DNA of 64,000 nt from Nannocystales bacterium (lineage in GTDB: Bacteria > Myxococcota_A > Polyangia > Nannocystales > Nannocystaceae): contig JBOEGF010000036.1 in assembly GCA_050633305.1 (NCBI GenBank), forward strand, positions 32,001 to 96,000, read 5' to 3'. Positions 49,401 through 59,181 of this stretch are shown piece by piece; position 1 is the stretch's first letter; the number at the start of each line of letters is the position of its first letter. The position numbers and the translations under genes are program-made. The notes under the pieces are model-generated. The model saw only the letters and a program-made list of their open reading frames with translations, had not been told where the DNA came from and searched no databases.

Positions 49401-49655
49401 GCGAGTGACTCGCCAGAACTTGTTGGTGTCTGTGGCGAAGGTGAGCTTGACGGTAGGCTCGCCACCGGCCCACGAGCGAAGCGACGACCGGGCCGAAGAG
49501 CTGTGAGGGAGTAGTAGTCCGGCCCGGACCGCATGGGCCAGCGTGGACTTTCCGATATCGTTCTCGCCAAAGAGAATATTCAGCCCCGGACAGAACTCCA
49601 GCTCCGCGTGCTGCACACACTTGAAGTCGTCGACTGTCAGCCGTAGGAGTCTCAT
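46410..49655 (-). CDS. Rad50/SbcC (YhaN)-like SMC-type ATPase
   Basis: GENDIGKST Walker A; long coiled coils; LSAGTQDQ signature; LILDD Walker B. Confidence 0.9.
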   Translation of the reverse strand: MRLLRLTVDDFKCVQHAELEFCPGLNILFGENDIGKSTLAHAVRAGLLLPHSSSARSSLRSWAGGEPTVKLTFATDTNKFWRVTRNYGDPGASELRFSKDDTAYSSEATARKVDGQLRTLLRWGIKPPGGKGGARGLPESFLSHALLGEQVGAAQLLGLSLLKDADDTARAQLGLALEALAQDPLFKQVLTEAQGRVNEAYTPGGSKKKGKNSPFVQITEKINGLAHQIAILELQEEETERARERLEALTSELTLARATSKEAAALVTVVRARLDQTKAMLDAEDRLAVAAAKVSEIEQAVAGLATDAAAIAELDRASQAAQANDQACAASISAAETTLQEATSALQRAKSQSSHQQHALNKAKVESKLAQCEHRIEKLNSALKSAQAARVCETELSKARERTSVLHDSVATAQAERHALVAREREANENLETHRGLCQLARLREAHKSLGDARSAAEKRAALLVRARQSQAEAKNLRDQIKATACPTADEVQALTALRNELDVALAKVGVGLTVAVRPMTDLTLHVAIDGGPQQAVADASAPIDASRTIALILENVAELTVSAGSPDDHKLAAALQTRWEHEGVPTLTSTGAPDLVALGEVVRQSQARAQQLRQHEAEAASSLNDAAAHAETASAVERLSAKVAEREASMGGETLPKLELEAASKPGGWEDTIEADTAAADTTLRQAQKALASSREKEAQLAASLEAAERTEAAAATALQASTEGLDAEPREAASRIEAQLQHANTDRAEARQERDSLAEAGLAEVAAAHKAVEQATTALAQERDAGILAATLTKNAGEALVAARSRLDVETGHVEAMGLDAARHAACELAEALAKLPRPESPATDAELEATTASHVEADGLADRLRGDVRTAEGAFEQVGGEVTRDTLTSHREARDQARIREHEIELDYEAYRLLAKTLRDVENEDGAHIGQALGSQVGERFKSLTQDRYDSIRLNAHLATDAVQVAGVARSFGDLSAGTQDQLATILRLCIAEQLGSMLILDDHLAQTHRSRAAWFHKMLRRSADKIQIVVLTARPEDYLDLDELPQGKAPADFAGGSVRAINLDHVIERVASGAAEV

Positions 49656-50782
49656 CGAGCACCGTCCCGACTAAGGCGATACAGGTGGTACAGGGCGCGT
49701 CTCGCCGCTGGTGCTGCCTCGCCGGTCGTATTGCGCAGGCGCTCCGCGGCCCGCCGCAGCACGTCCGGTGCATTCTCGAATGCGGTCTCCACATTTGTGA
49801 TGTCGAGGTCCAGGCTGCTTCGGTCGAGCTGCAGGATCCCGACCTTGCCGTGTTTGGCGTTCGTTCCCTGGAGGTCGCTGAGGATCTCCTCAGCACGGCC
49901 GTACTCATCGGTCGGCAAGCTCATCTCGACGCTCAGGCGCACCACATGGTCGGTGAGATCCTCAAGCCGGAGTTGCTCCAATTCGGGCAGAGATCTGCAG
50001 GTCCGGTCCTGCCAGGTCCATCGGGCCACCCGCTCCTTGTGGACCCTCGGCTTACGGCCCAGCCGTTTTACGAACACGACCGCCGCATAGCCTGCCTCGG
50101 TTTCCCCAAAGCTGGTGGGCTCCGGCGCACTCGGGTAGATGGTGGGCACGCTTGCGTCGGGGGGGACGTGGCGGAAGGCGTGGGTATCACCAATGGCCAG
50201 ATAGTCCAGCCCCCGGTCCGCGGCCGCCGTCCGCGAAATGGGGAAGTTCATCTGGTACCCCGGCATGTCAAACGTGGAGCCGTGCACCAACCCGATGCGG
50301 ATGCGGGTGTCGCCGCTCTGGCGCTGGGGCAGGCCCATGGCCAGATCGCTCTGGCCGGACTGGCTGCGACAAGGGGAGGCGTACAGCACGGCCTCCTCTG
50401 AGAGTTCGACCTCCTGGTTGTCGTCCTCAATGACGTGCACCCACGGAGGCAGGGCCTTCCGAAAACCATGCTCCTGGCTGTACACGGAGGTGGCTGTGAG
50501 TGGGTCGTGGTTGCCCGGCAGCAGAAACACGGGCCGGTCCGTCCAGGCGAGCCGGTTGAACTTGTCAGCCAGTGCTTGCCACCAGTTCTTGGAGGGGTTG
50601 GGCGAGTCGAACAGGTCGCCGGCACACAGCACGGCGTGCACACGATTGCGCTCGGCCAGCCCGAACACGCGGTCAAGCACGTCCAGTCGCGCGCGGGTGA
50701 GTTGGTCCCGGTCGGCTTGTTCAAAGGCCGGGAAGTCCTTGCCGAGGTGCCAGTCGGCTGTGTGTACGAACTTCAGTGCCAC
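49652..50782 (-). CDS. Mre11/SbcD (YhaO)-like metallophosphoesterase nuclease
   Basis: HTADWHLG, AGDLFD, PGNHD, VHGS, LAIGDTH motifs; ATGA overlap with the ATPase gene. Confidence 0.92.
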   Translation of the reverse strand: MALKFVHTADWHLGKDFPAFEQADRDQLTRARLDVLDRVFGLAERNRVHAVLCAGDLFDSPNPSKNWWQALADKFNRLAWTDRPVFLLPGNHDPLTATSVYSQEHGFRKALPPWVHVIEDDNQEVELSEEAVLYASPCRSQSGQSDLAMGLPQRQSGDTRIRIGLVHGSTFDMPGYQMNFPISRTAAADRGLDYLAIGDTHAFRHVPPDASVPTIYPSAPEPTSFGETEAGYAAVVFVKRLGRKPRVHKERVARWTWQDRTCRSLPELEQLRLEDLTDHVVRLSVEMSLPTDEYGRAEEILSDLQGTNAKHGKVGILQLDRSSLDLDITNVETAFENAPDVLRRAAERLRNTTGEAAPAARRALYHLYRLSRDGAR

Positions 50783-50786
50783 GTCT

Positions 50787-53763
50787 TCATCCACCTCGGG
50801 CATCAATGACGAACTCCACGTCTAGAAGGGTTTCACTACTCGGGGGCTCATAGCGCCGGGTCTGTGCTGAGGTTTGCCACCGCTCGTAGGCGTCGTCGTC
50901 TCTCGCCCGCAGTTTGGCGATCTTCGCCTCCACGTCCTCGGCAGCCGCGCCGTGACGGGCGACCGCCTCCTCGGCCTTGGTGCGCTGCGCTGCGCCGACC
51001 GCCGCGTCGAGCACTGCCTGCGCGTTGCGCAGTCGCTTGCTGGCATCCGTTCGCTGCCGCTCCAGCACCATGATCCGGTCCTCCACAAACCGCTCCAGTT
51101 GCTGCATTGCGCGGGTGTACTGGGCCTCCTCCTCGATGCTCACCTGCGCGTCGTCCGCGAACAGAGCCTCCTCAATGGGGTCGCCGATCTCATCGTCAGA
51201 GATTGGCGCCGTGGGCTCCGGCCCCTCGGCGAATGTGGACGCTGCAAGCAGCCTCGCGGCGTCCTGCGGCTCAAGGGCGCCCGCGTCCGGCAGCACAAAC
51301 AGCGGTAAGACCTGCTCGGCGGGTTCGAAGCCGTGGTAGTGCACCCTCACCACTACAAGTCGACCGCGGCGTCCGACGTGGAGGCGGAGAGCGTCGTTAT
51401 CGGCCAGATCCAGCACCAGGCGAATAGTGTTGAGCTGTGCGGCCCGGGCTCGCGCATCGGCCACCGCGGCCAGGACCAACGGGTGCTTGAGGTGCACAGG
51501 TTCCGCCCCCTTTCGGCCGACAGGGTTTCCGAGCACGACAGTTAACCCCTGCTGCAGCTGGTCGGGGAGGGCACCGGAAGGTTCTACGACCAGCTGGGAA
51601 CCCCCATCGAAAGCGTCGAGTCGGTACGTCACACCGAGCACATCCAGGTAGTCGCGGAGGACTTGCTCCACGGCCTCGTCGAACTCGGCCAGATCTGCAG
51701 GCAGGGACTCCTGGATGCCCCGAAACACGCGTCGCACGCTGTCGTCGAACTTCGACTCGATGAGCCCCGCGGTGCGGGCGTGCAGCGCCTCAAAATCGGA
51801 GCGCCGCGAGTCCATGGTCTTCCTCAGCTCTCGGAGCTCGGCCGCGATCTCGTCCACGGTGCGGGCGCGTTCGTAGATTCGTCGCAGCGTCGACTCGAAG
51901 TCAGCCGACAAGGCGCCCGCGAGGTTCTCAGTGGAAGTGTCTGCGGGGGTGTGCAGGACGGTGTCCGAGGCGTCGAGCACGGTTCCGAACAGCTCAAGCT
52001 TCTTGCTCAAAATCTCGAACGTCAGGCGCTGGGCCTCGTTGTCCCGAGCGAGGAAGTTGATAACGGTCACGTCACGCTCCTGGCCGTAGCGATGGCACCG
52101 GCCGATGCGCTGCTCGATGCGCTGGGGATTCCACGGCAGGTCGTAGTTGATGAGCGTGTCGCAGAACTGCAGGTTCAGCCCCTTGGCGCCGGCTTCGGTT
52201 GAAACGAACACCCGCGATCGAGTGCGGAACTCGTGCACGAGCGCCAGTCGCACGGCAATGTCGCGGCTGGGACGGCCCTGTCGCTTGCTGCCGATCTCTG
52301 CAATCCACCGGTCGAGGGCCTGCTGGGCCCGGGGCGTGTCGTTGGTTCCCCGAAACAGGGTGACCTCGTCATTTGCCACGACCTTGGACTCCAGGAGGAG
52401 GTCCCGAATGTAGTCCTGGGTCGCAAGTGACTCCGTAAAGATGACAAGCTTCCCGGTGCTCTCGCCTTCCTCCTCTCGCTCCATAGCCAGGCGAATGGCG
52501 TGGACGAGCGCGCGGGCCTTGCCGTCGAGTTTGAGCGCGCTGGCGCGCTTAGAGGAACCCCTGCACCAGCTGCAGCTCGGCCTCGATGGCGTCGCCGGCT
52601 GGCGGCCCAGACTCGTCGATGTCGTCCTCGGAAGAGTAGTCGGATTCTTCCAGGTCTTCGTTGAACGCGGTCAGGGTCTCGTCGTCGTCGCCCGAGGGGA
52701 TGTCGCCGCCGGCCAGCATCTTGCGCAGACGCTCGGCCACGCGGTCCAGGCTGGCGGCGAGGGCCCGGTGCGACGAAGCCATGCGGCGGTGAAAACCGAT
52801 CAGTAGAAGGCGTCGTTGGCTCCCGCGGAAGGCGGCCAGATTCGGGCGCAGGAGATAGTCTGTGACGTCCTCGTACAGCTGTTTCTCCTCGGGACTCATG
52901 TCGTACTCGAACAGCCTCGTGCGGCGGCCCACGAACGGGCGAGTCATGAACTCCTGGGCCTGCCGGCGCAGCGTTCGCTTGACCACCGCACTCATGCGGC
53001 GTTTCAGCTCATCCTCCTGCCCCTTGACCAGTTGCCGGTCGTCACCGTCACAGAACACCTGCCGGAAGGTTCGCAAGTCGCCCAGTAGCGTGCCGCCGCG
53101 ATCTACGTACTGCACCAGGCCCCACAGCTCGGTCAGGGAGTTCTGGATCGGCGTGGCCGTAAGCAGCAAGACCGGGGTCTGCGTCCTCTGCAGGAGCTCG
53201 CGTAGGCTTCCCGCGGTCTTGGCGTGTTCGGACGCGGAGTCGTAGTTCCCGTACTTGTCGTACCGGCGGTAGATCCCAGCGAACACCTCGTGGGCCTCGT
53301 CAACGACGCACAGGTCAAAGGGCGCGGTCTGGTTCAGGGCACCGGACCCCGCCGCCGTCCCCACGAACTCCCGGCCAACGAGGAATACGCCGTCCCCGTC
53401 GAGGGCCTTGGGGTTGGCGCTACCCTCGGTGGTCTCAATAGCGAAGAGATCGAACAACTCGTTGCGCCACTGCCCAAGCAGGGGCTTGGGAGCGATGAGC
53501 AAGATCCGCCGGGCTCCCTCGGCCAAGAGCTGCGCCATGACCACGCCGGCCTCGATGGTTTTGCCCAGGCCAACCTCGTCGGCGAGGATGCAGCCCCCCT
53601 CGCGGACTCGACCCAAGGCAAACATGACAGCGTCGATCTGATGCGGGTTGGGATCGATGCGCCCGCAGCGTTGGGATGCTACGTAGCGCCGTCGCTCTCC
53701 GGAGCGCCGCTGGCGGACGAGGTCCTCTGCCTGCAGCAGGCGGCGTAGGGGGTGAGCGGACAT
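50787..53763 (-). pseudogene. SNF2/RapA-like helicase (~991 aa) split by a single-base frameshift at ~52551
   Basis: 5' part: PHQIDA, DEVGLGKT, DEAH, LTATP; 3' part: VIFTES, STEAGAKGLNLQ, YDLPWNPQRIEQRIGR; removing one base gives ...GFL-KRASALKLDGKARAL... Confidence 0.88.
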
Positions 53764-54434
53764 GGTCGGGCGGGGATGCTAGCAGCTGATCAAGTTCTGC
53801 TCGGCACGCATCGGAGGCGATGGGGAGCAGCCTCCCCGCAAGGGCGAGAGCGAGGTGGGCGAGGGGACGCGGTCGTGGGGAAAGCCGGTCGGCCTCGTTG
53901 ACCGGCTGGTGGCCAAAGCTCGGAAACGAGGGCGACATTACAGGTCGAACTCGACGACTTCTCTGATGTGTGCGTCGCGAGGCTGGGCTGCCAGGGCGAG
54001 GTGTTGAAACGTCGGCATGCCGGCGCCATTGCATGGGTTGATGCGCTTCGCTCCGAGGTCTCGTTTCCTTGGGTCGCGGGGGATGTCGAGGCTGACATGG
54101 GGGCTGAGCAGGACGAAGGTGACGGACAGACGCAGATTCGGATATTCGGGCCCAGGCTGGGTAAATCCCGGTCGCCGGAGCTTCACCGTCTGGCCTGCCG
54201 CGAGGTAGCCTCCGAGCGCCGGCGTTCCGAAAGCCGAGCGCCCGGCGACGCTCGTGTCTACGCAGGGCACGGCGAGCGTATGTGGACAGTTGAGTAGCAG
54301 ACTACTTGCCGGTGAAGACGGAGCGCGACGGTATGACGCTCGGGGACTTTCAACAGAGGCTGCCGGGACGCGGACGGTAGACTGCTCCCTGTGCTCACCC
54401 AGATGTGCTCGAGGCGGCCAGCCTGTGTTGCCCT

Positions 54435-55148
54435 TCAGCCGGCATTCTCGTCCCGCAGGTGGCCCTCGATGTTGTCAACCGCGGCCCGCACCTGAGCGGC
54501 ACTCTCCTTTCCAACGACCTCGATTCGCACGAGGATGCCGGTGCCGCGGGGCTCCACGCTTGCCTCGACGCCAGTGGGAACCAGCGGGCAGGATTCCATA
54601 CCTGCGGGCTCCTGTCCCACGACGGCGTTTCTCGCGATGTGGCAGTCGAGGAGTCTCTGCATCGCCTGGGCGTCCAGGCCTGGGACTCTGGAAAACTCAA
54701 CTTCGTAGGTGCCCGAAGCTCTTTCTTCCGAGACGCGTTCGACCCGGGAGATGTCGCCGACATGCAGAAACGGGCTGACATCGCGGTCTCGTTGGGGGAT
54801 GCCGACGCAACTGCGCTCCTCCGCTTTCCGCAGAGCTTCAGAGGCTTTCCGGTGCTGCTCTGCAATGACCCGGTGCTTTTTCGCCTCCTTGGCGTGCTCG
54901 CTGCTTGGGTTGGACCACGTGTCGAAACAGTAAGTGGAACACCCTCCTGACCCGGTGGACCAGCCTTCCTCTCGGAACTGTTTCTGGTGCGCTTCGGCTT
55001 CGCGGTCTTCCCCTTGTGCGGCTTGTTCATGGGCTGCTGCACTCATCTCGTTCGGATGTGTGCCCGTCGCGGCGCACCCCGCGAGGAGGGCCGCTGTGGC
55101 GACCGTGACCCGGAAGCCTATGCGCTTGGTTCGTGATTCCCTCTGCAT
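54435..55148 (-). CDS. His/Cys-containing lipoprotein (paralog of 56911-57594), likely metal-related
   Basis: LLAGC lipobox; EH...H...H helix; DRDVSPFLH; CHIARNA; CPL. Confidence 0.75.
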   Translation of the reverse strand: MQRESRTKRIGFRVTVATAALLAGCAATGTHPNEMSAAAHEQAAQGEDREAEAHQKQFREEGWSTGSGGCSTYCFDTWSNPSSEHAKEAKKHRVIAEQHRKASEALRKAEERSCVGIPQRDRDVSPFLHVGDISRVERVSEERASGTYEVEFSRVPGLDAQAMQRLLDCHIARNAVVGQEPAGMESCPLVPTGVEASVEPRGTGILVRIEVVGKESAAQVRAAVDNIEGHLRDENAG

Positions 55149-55269
55149 TTTTTCGTCCTCAGTGTTCATCAATGGCCACCTGTGGATTCTCGATCGGGGT
55201 TTCGGCAGGTGCTCTCCGGCCTCAGGTTCCTCTTGGTCTCCAGGATTTCCTCGAGACAGTCGGCTTCGG

Positions 55270-55737
55270 TCATGGGCTTTCCCCGGTCGGCGGTCGGCAC
55301 CCACGAGTTCCAGAGAATACTCCGTCTTCGCTTGCTGCGAACCCGACCGTCCTGCTGCCGCCGTCCCCTTGGTCGTGGACCCTGGCCCCGCCAGTTTTTT
55401 CATGGCTACGCACATCGCAGCTGAGCGCGCTCTGTCCGCCGGAGAAGGTCATCGTCATCGTCATCGTCGGCCTTTCGGTCATCGAGACGTTGACCTCGGC
55501 GAAGCTGCCGGGCTCGACGTCCAAGAAGCGAGACGATGGCACGGTGGCGGAAGCGGGGGCCGCCGAGCCACACGCGCCTTCGGCGTGACTTCCACACGCG
55601 TGCTCCCCTGCGACCGCTGAGGCTGGGATTGAGCCTGCGGGGGGAACTTCGGTCGCCGAATCCGCCTCCGGGCAGCCCGTCGCGAGACTGCCCGCGGTGA
55701 GCGTCGCGAAGGCACGGGTGAGCTTCGATGTCTTCAT
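55270..55737 (-). CDS. Lipoprotein with HACGSHAEGACG motif; C-terminus possibly degenerate
   Basis: LATGC lipobox; His/Cys cluster; cupredoxin-like FAEVN...DVRSH segment. Confidence 0.55.
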   Translation of the reverse strand: MKTSKLTRAFATLTAGSLATGCPEADSATEVPPAGSIPASAVAGEHACGSHAEGACGSAAPASATVPSSRFLDVEPGSFAEVNVSMTERPTMTMTMTFSGGQSALSCDVRSHEKTGGARVHDQGDGGSRTVGFAASEDGVFSGTRGCRPPTGESP

Positions 55738-55831
55738 GGGGGTCTTCGGCTGGAGCGGAAAGCGGCGGAGTGTGAAGGTCTCCTGGTTCGCGCTGCGCAC
55801 TGGTTCTGGGCACGCTCGTGTCTGACCGGCA

Positions 55832-56674
55832 TCACGGAAGCGACTGTGCGAAGGCGCCGAGGGCACCAATGTCCTCGTGCGACGCTCCTCCTTTTTGGAA
55901 GCCGTGCATCGGGGACCCTGGGTGGCCGAATCGTGCCTTGTGGTGGAACTCCCAGGGATTCTCGCGCGCGACAGATCCTATTGTTTCGAGGTGCTCGGGT
56001 TCGAGCTCTTCTTCGGGCTCTTCGCTCTCCTCGGCATCGTCCTCGTGCCCGTCGTCAACGTGAGGCATTGTCTGTCCGCTGCCACCGTGGCAGCTGGCGC
56101 ACGACGGTTCAGAACCGATTCCGTCGGCGAAGAGCGCCTCGCCTGGTGGCGGAGCGGGCACGAAGCTGCCCGAGTCGTCGATGATATCGCTGGTCGACAC
56201 CGCGCCTTCGAGGCAGAACCTCACCAAGTCCCAGAGCTCGCGGTCGCTCAGGAAACGTCCGTACGCGTGGCCCGCCGGATTCTCACCAGGCTCCTCACTC
56301 AACAAGTCGAACAGCCCAAGGGGGGAGAGTTGCGTTCGAAGAATTCCCGGAAATCCAGTTCGGTGGTTCCCCGTCCCGTACTGACCATCGACGCCAAGGT
56401 AGTCCCAACCGTGGCACTCCTTGCAGCGCCAGGTCTCGGTTCCACCGACCCCGCTACTGGAAGTGTCTGGCCGCGCCGCCCATAAGGGATGATCCCCAGT
56501 GAAGTCCTCGGAGGGAGTCTCGGCCCAGATGCGATCGTACAGCCGGCCCCCCTCGTGAAGGTCCGCGGAGTCGTAGGCATCGACAGGATCCTCGGTTTCT
56601 GCACACCCCGACGAACACGCGAGGGGAAGCAAGAGACAGAACACGGCGATGTTGTTGGAGCTGGACAGTCGCAT
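55832..56674 (-). CDS. Di-heme c-type cytochrome lipoprotein
   Basis: CKECH and CASCH heme motifs; GGRLYD..W; HPGSPM distal Met. Confidence 0.85.
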   Translation of the reverse strand: MRLSSSNNIAVFCLLLPLACSSGCAETEDPVDAYDSADLHEGGRLYDRIWAETPSEDFTGDHPLWAARPDTSSSGVGGTETWRCKECHGWDYLGVDGQYGTGNHRTGFPGILRTQLSPLGLFDLLSEEPGENPAGHAYGRFLSDRELWDLVRFCLEGAVSTSDIIDDSGSFVPAPPPGEALFADGIGSEPSCASCHGGSGQTMPHVDDGHEDDAEESEEPEEELEPEHLETIGSVARENPWEFHHKARFGHPGSPMHGFQKGGASHEDIGALGAFAQSLP

Positions 56675-56910
56675 CGAACCACCACTGTTTCGGTAGCACC
56701 GGGGCCGAACGTACGGAGCGAAACTACTGCTGTCGGTCGAGGAAAGCGTGTGGCCGGCCGGGATACGGACCGGCGGTGCTGGTCTCGCGACGTCGCTGTC
56801 GATGCTGTTGTCGGCCGCGAACGAGCGGTAACCGCCTGAGTCACAGAAGCCGACGGAGTCCCGCAACACCTGCCGCGCTCAGGTCGGCTTCGCTGGGCAC
56901 TGTGTAGGTC

Positions 56911-57594
56911 ATGCGACGCGTGCGAGTGCTGCTCTGTGGTGCCCTGGTGATGACTACGGCGTGCGCTGGAGGCATGCCTGCGTCGCAAAAGAGCGTTCCT
57001 GAACACGAGGCCGCAGCCAAGGCCAACGCGGAAATTGCGGTTGCCCATGACCGGGCCGAACAAGAGGCGCCGCCTTGCGCGGACATGAACGACATCTACG
57101 AGATCTGTTGGACTCGGTCGGACACGGCCCAGGAACACCGTTTTCAGGCCCAGCAGCACCGCCGTCGTGCTGCGGAGCATAGAGCTGCGTCCGAGGCGCT
57201 CCGGACAGCGGAGTCCGAGGCCTGCGCCGGAGTCAGTGCGGTCGATCGAGACATCAGCCCGTTCCTTCATTCGGGGGACATCGTGGGCGCCGAATTGCTC
57301 GACCCAGCAGACACCGAGAGCCGGGAGACCACCCCCGTCGTTCGCGTCACCTTTCGGCCGGTCCCCGGTCTCGATGAGGGGACGCTGAAACGTCTCATCG
57401 GGTGCCACCTCGCCCGGAACGCCTCGCTTGGTCACGAAGTTCCGGAGATGGAATTTTGCCCTCTGGTCCCTCCCGGAGTGGAAGCGAGCGTCGGCAAGGC
57501 CGATGACAATTTGTTCGTGATCATCGCCGCCCACGAATCCACGTTCGATGAGGTCCGGCGTCGCGCTCTGACCCTGGTGGAGCGAGCTCAGTGA
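56911..57594 (+). CDS. His/Cys-containing lipoprotein (paralog of 54435-55148)
   Basis: TTAC lipobox; EH...QHRRRAAEH; DRDISPFLH; CHLARNA; CPLVP. Confidence 0.78.
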   Translation: MRRVRVLLCGALVMTTACAGGMPASQKSVPEHEAAAKANAEIAVAHDRAEQEAPPCADMNDIYEICWTRSDTAQEHRFQAQQHRRRAAEHRAASEALRTAESEACAGVSAVDRDISPFLHSGDIVGAELLDPADTESRETTPVVRVTFRPVPGLDEGTLKRLIGCHLARNASLGHEVPEMEFCPLVPPGVEASVGKADDNLFVIIAAHESTFDEVRRRALTLVERAQ

Positions 57595-57708
57595 CGCAGT
57601 GCGCGGGGTCTGCCCCCGGTTCGGTCTGGGACGAGCTGGGGCTCGGGAGACAGGTGTTGGGTTTTGGGTGATTCTTCTGTTGTGGAGCTTGCGACGAAGA
57701 GGCGACCT

Positions 57709-59181
57709 GTGGAGCGGCCATCACGACTTATTGGACGTCAGCTCGTTCTTGGGTTTGGTCTGATCGCCGTGATCGCTGCAGCCATGTGCGTGATGCTGCT
57801 GGGCACGATTCGGCAGGTTGGCGACGTGGTGGCGCAGATGCGGCGGGACGAAGCCGCCATTCGAGGGGGGCTCCGGCTCTCTACGGGTGCGCGGGAGCAG
57901 TACATCCACATTGCCCACTCTCTGATCGAAGGCGACGGGAGCCACCTGGAGCACTATGAGGGCGGGCGGCTACAAGTGGTGGCGGATGCGCGAGCACAGT
58001 CGGAGGGAGCTCCCGAACAGCTGCAGCGACGACTTCAGTCGGTCATCGACCTCGGTTCGGAGATGGACAGAATTTTTAGGGACGTTCTGCTTCCCGCCGC
58101 CGAAGAGGGGCGCCTCGACGAGGTCCAAGGAGAGCACCGCAGAGTCGAGGAGATCTCGCGCGACGCCGCAACACAGGCCGACGCAGTGGCGCTCGCAGCG
58201 GAGCGACGGATGGCCGACGCCCACGACGAAGCCAGACTCGCAGGCCAGCGAGGTATGGCGATGGGAGGGGCATGTATCGCCGCGGTGCTCCTCGTCGCGG
58301 CCGCGTCCACCATTCGGCTACGTGCCGCTGTGCTGCAGCCTCTTGCCGCGCTTTCCCGTGCCGCAAGCCTCTTCGGCCGAGGGGATTTCAAGCACCGCGT
58401 TGGAGACGTCGGAACCGGGGAACTCGCGGAGCTTGCCCGTGCCTTCGACACCATGGCGGAGGAACTCGCGGCGCGCGAGCAGAAGCTACTCTCCAAGGAG
58501 AGGATGGCGGCGATCGGCCAGCTGGCGGCCGGTGTCGCTCACGAGATCAACAACCCGATCGGGATCATCCGTGGCTACATCAAGACGATGCTTCCCGAGA
58601 CGAATGATCCGCAACTTCGAGAAGAGTTGGAGGTTCTCGACGAAGAAGCTGCGGCGTGTCAGAGGCTGACCGGAGACCTTCTGGCCTCCGCGGAACGGCC
58701 CCGCCTCGAGCTCCGACTCTTCGAGATGCGGGAGTTCCTCGAGGATGCCTCGGTTCGCGTGGCCGAGGGCATGCCGTCGGGGGAGCACTCGGTGATTGTT
58801 CAAGCGAAGAGGGGGGAACTCATGGCCGACCCCTCGCGTTTGCGGCAGGTTCTTGCAAACCTTGTGGTGAACGCGGCACAGGCCTCGCCCGCGGGCGCGT
58901 CGATTCACGTGTCCGGAGGGCCTACGGATGCAGGCGGATACGAGTTTTCGGTGATCGACTCGGGCCCGGGCGTCGCCGCTGACGACCGCAAACAGATCTT
59001 CGAGCCGTTCGTCTCGAAGCGCCGAGGCGGTTCGGGGCTGGGACTGGCTGTCAGTCGAAGCATCGTCCTGGCCCACGGAGGATCGATCGAGGTCGAGCCC
59101 GCTGCGGAAGGCGGCGCGTGCTTTCGCGTCGTCCTCCCTGCCCATCGGACCCGCTCCAACCAAGAGGAAGACCGAGCATGA
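57709..59181 (+). CDS. Membrane-bound HAMP sensor histidine kinase
   Basis: Two TM; His-rich periplasmic domain; HAMP; AHEINNP H-box; NLVVNA, DSGPG, GSGLGL. Confidence 0.93.
   Translation: MERPSRLIGRQLVLGFGLIAVIAAAMCVMLLGTIRQVGDVVAQMRRDEAAIRGGLRLSTGAREQYIHIAHSLIEGDGSHLEHYEGGRLQVVADARAQSEGAPEQLQRRLQSVIDLGSEMDRIFRDVLLPAAEEGRLDEVQGEHRRVEEISRDAATQADAVALAAERRMADAHDEARLAGQRGMAMGGACIAAVLLVAAASTIRLRAAVLQPLAALSRAASLFGRGDFKHRVGDVGTGELAELARAFDTMAEELAAREQKLLSKERMAAIGQLAAGVAHEINNPIGIIRGYIKTMLPETNDPQLREELEVLDEEAAACQRLTGDLLASAERPRLELRLFEMREFLEDASVRVAEGMPSGEHSVIVQAKRGELMADPSRLRQVLANLVVNAAQASPAGASIHVSGGPTDAGGYEFSVIDSGPGVAADDRKQIFEPFVSKRRGGSGLGLAVSRSIVLAHGGSIEVEPAAEGGACFRVVLPAHRTRSNQEEDRA

Noticed and set aside
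46410..50782. Wadjet or Lamassu assignment
   Set aside because: No JetA/B/D-like or LmuA/LmuC-like genes; the partner is an Mre11-type phosphoesterase
53764..54300. A fourth gene upstream of the SNF2 operon
   Set aside because: Candidate frames are short, mutually overlapping and lack protein-like motifs
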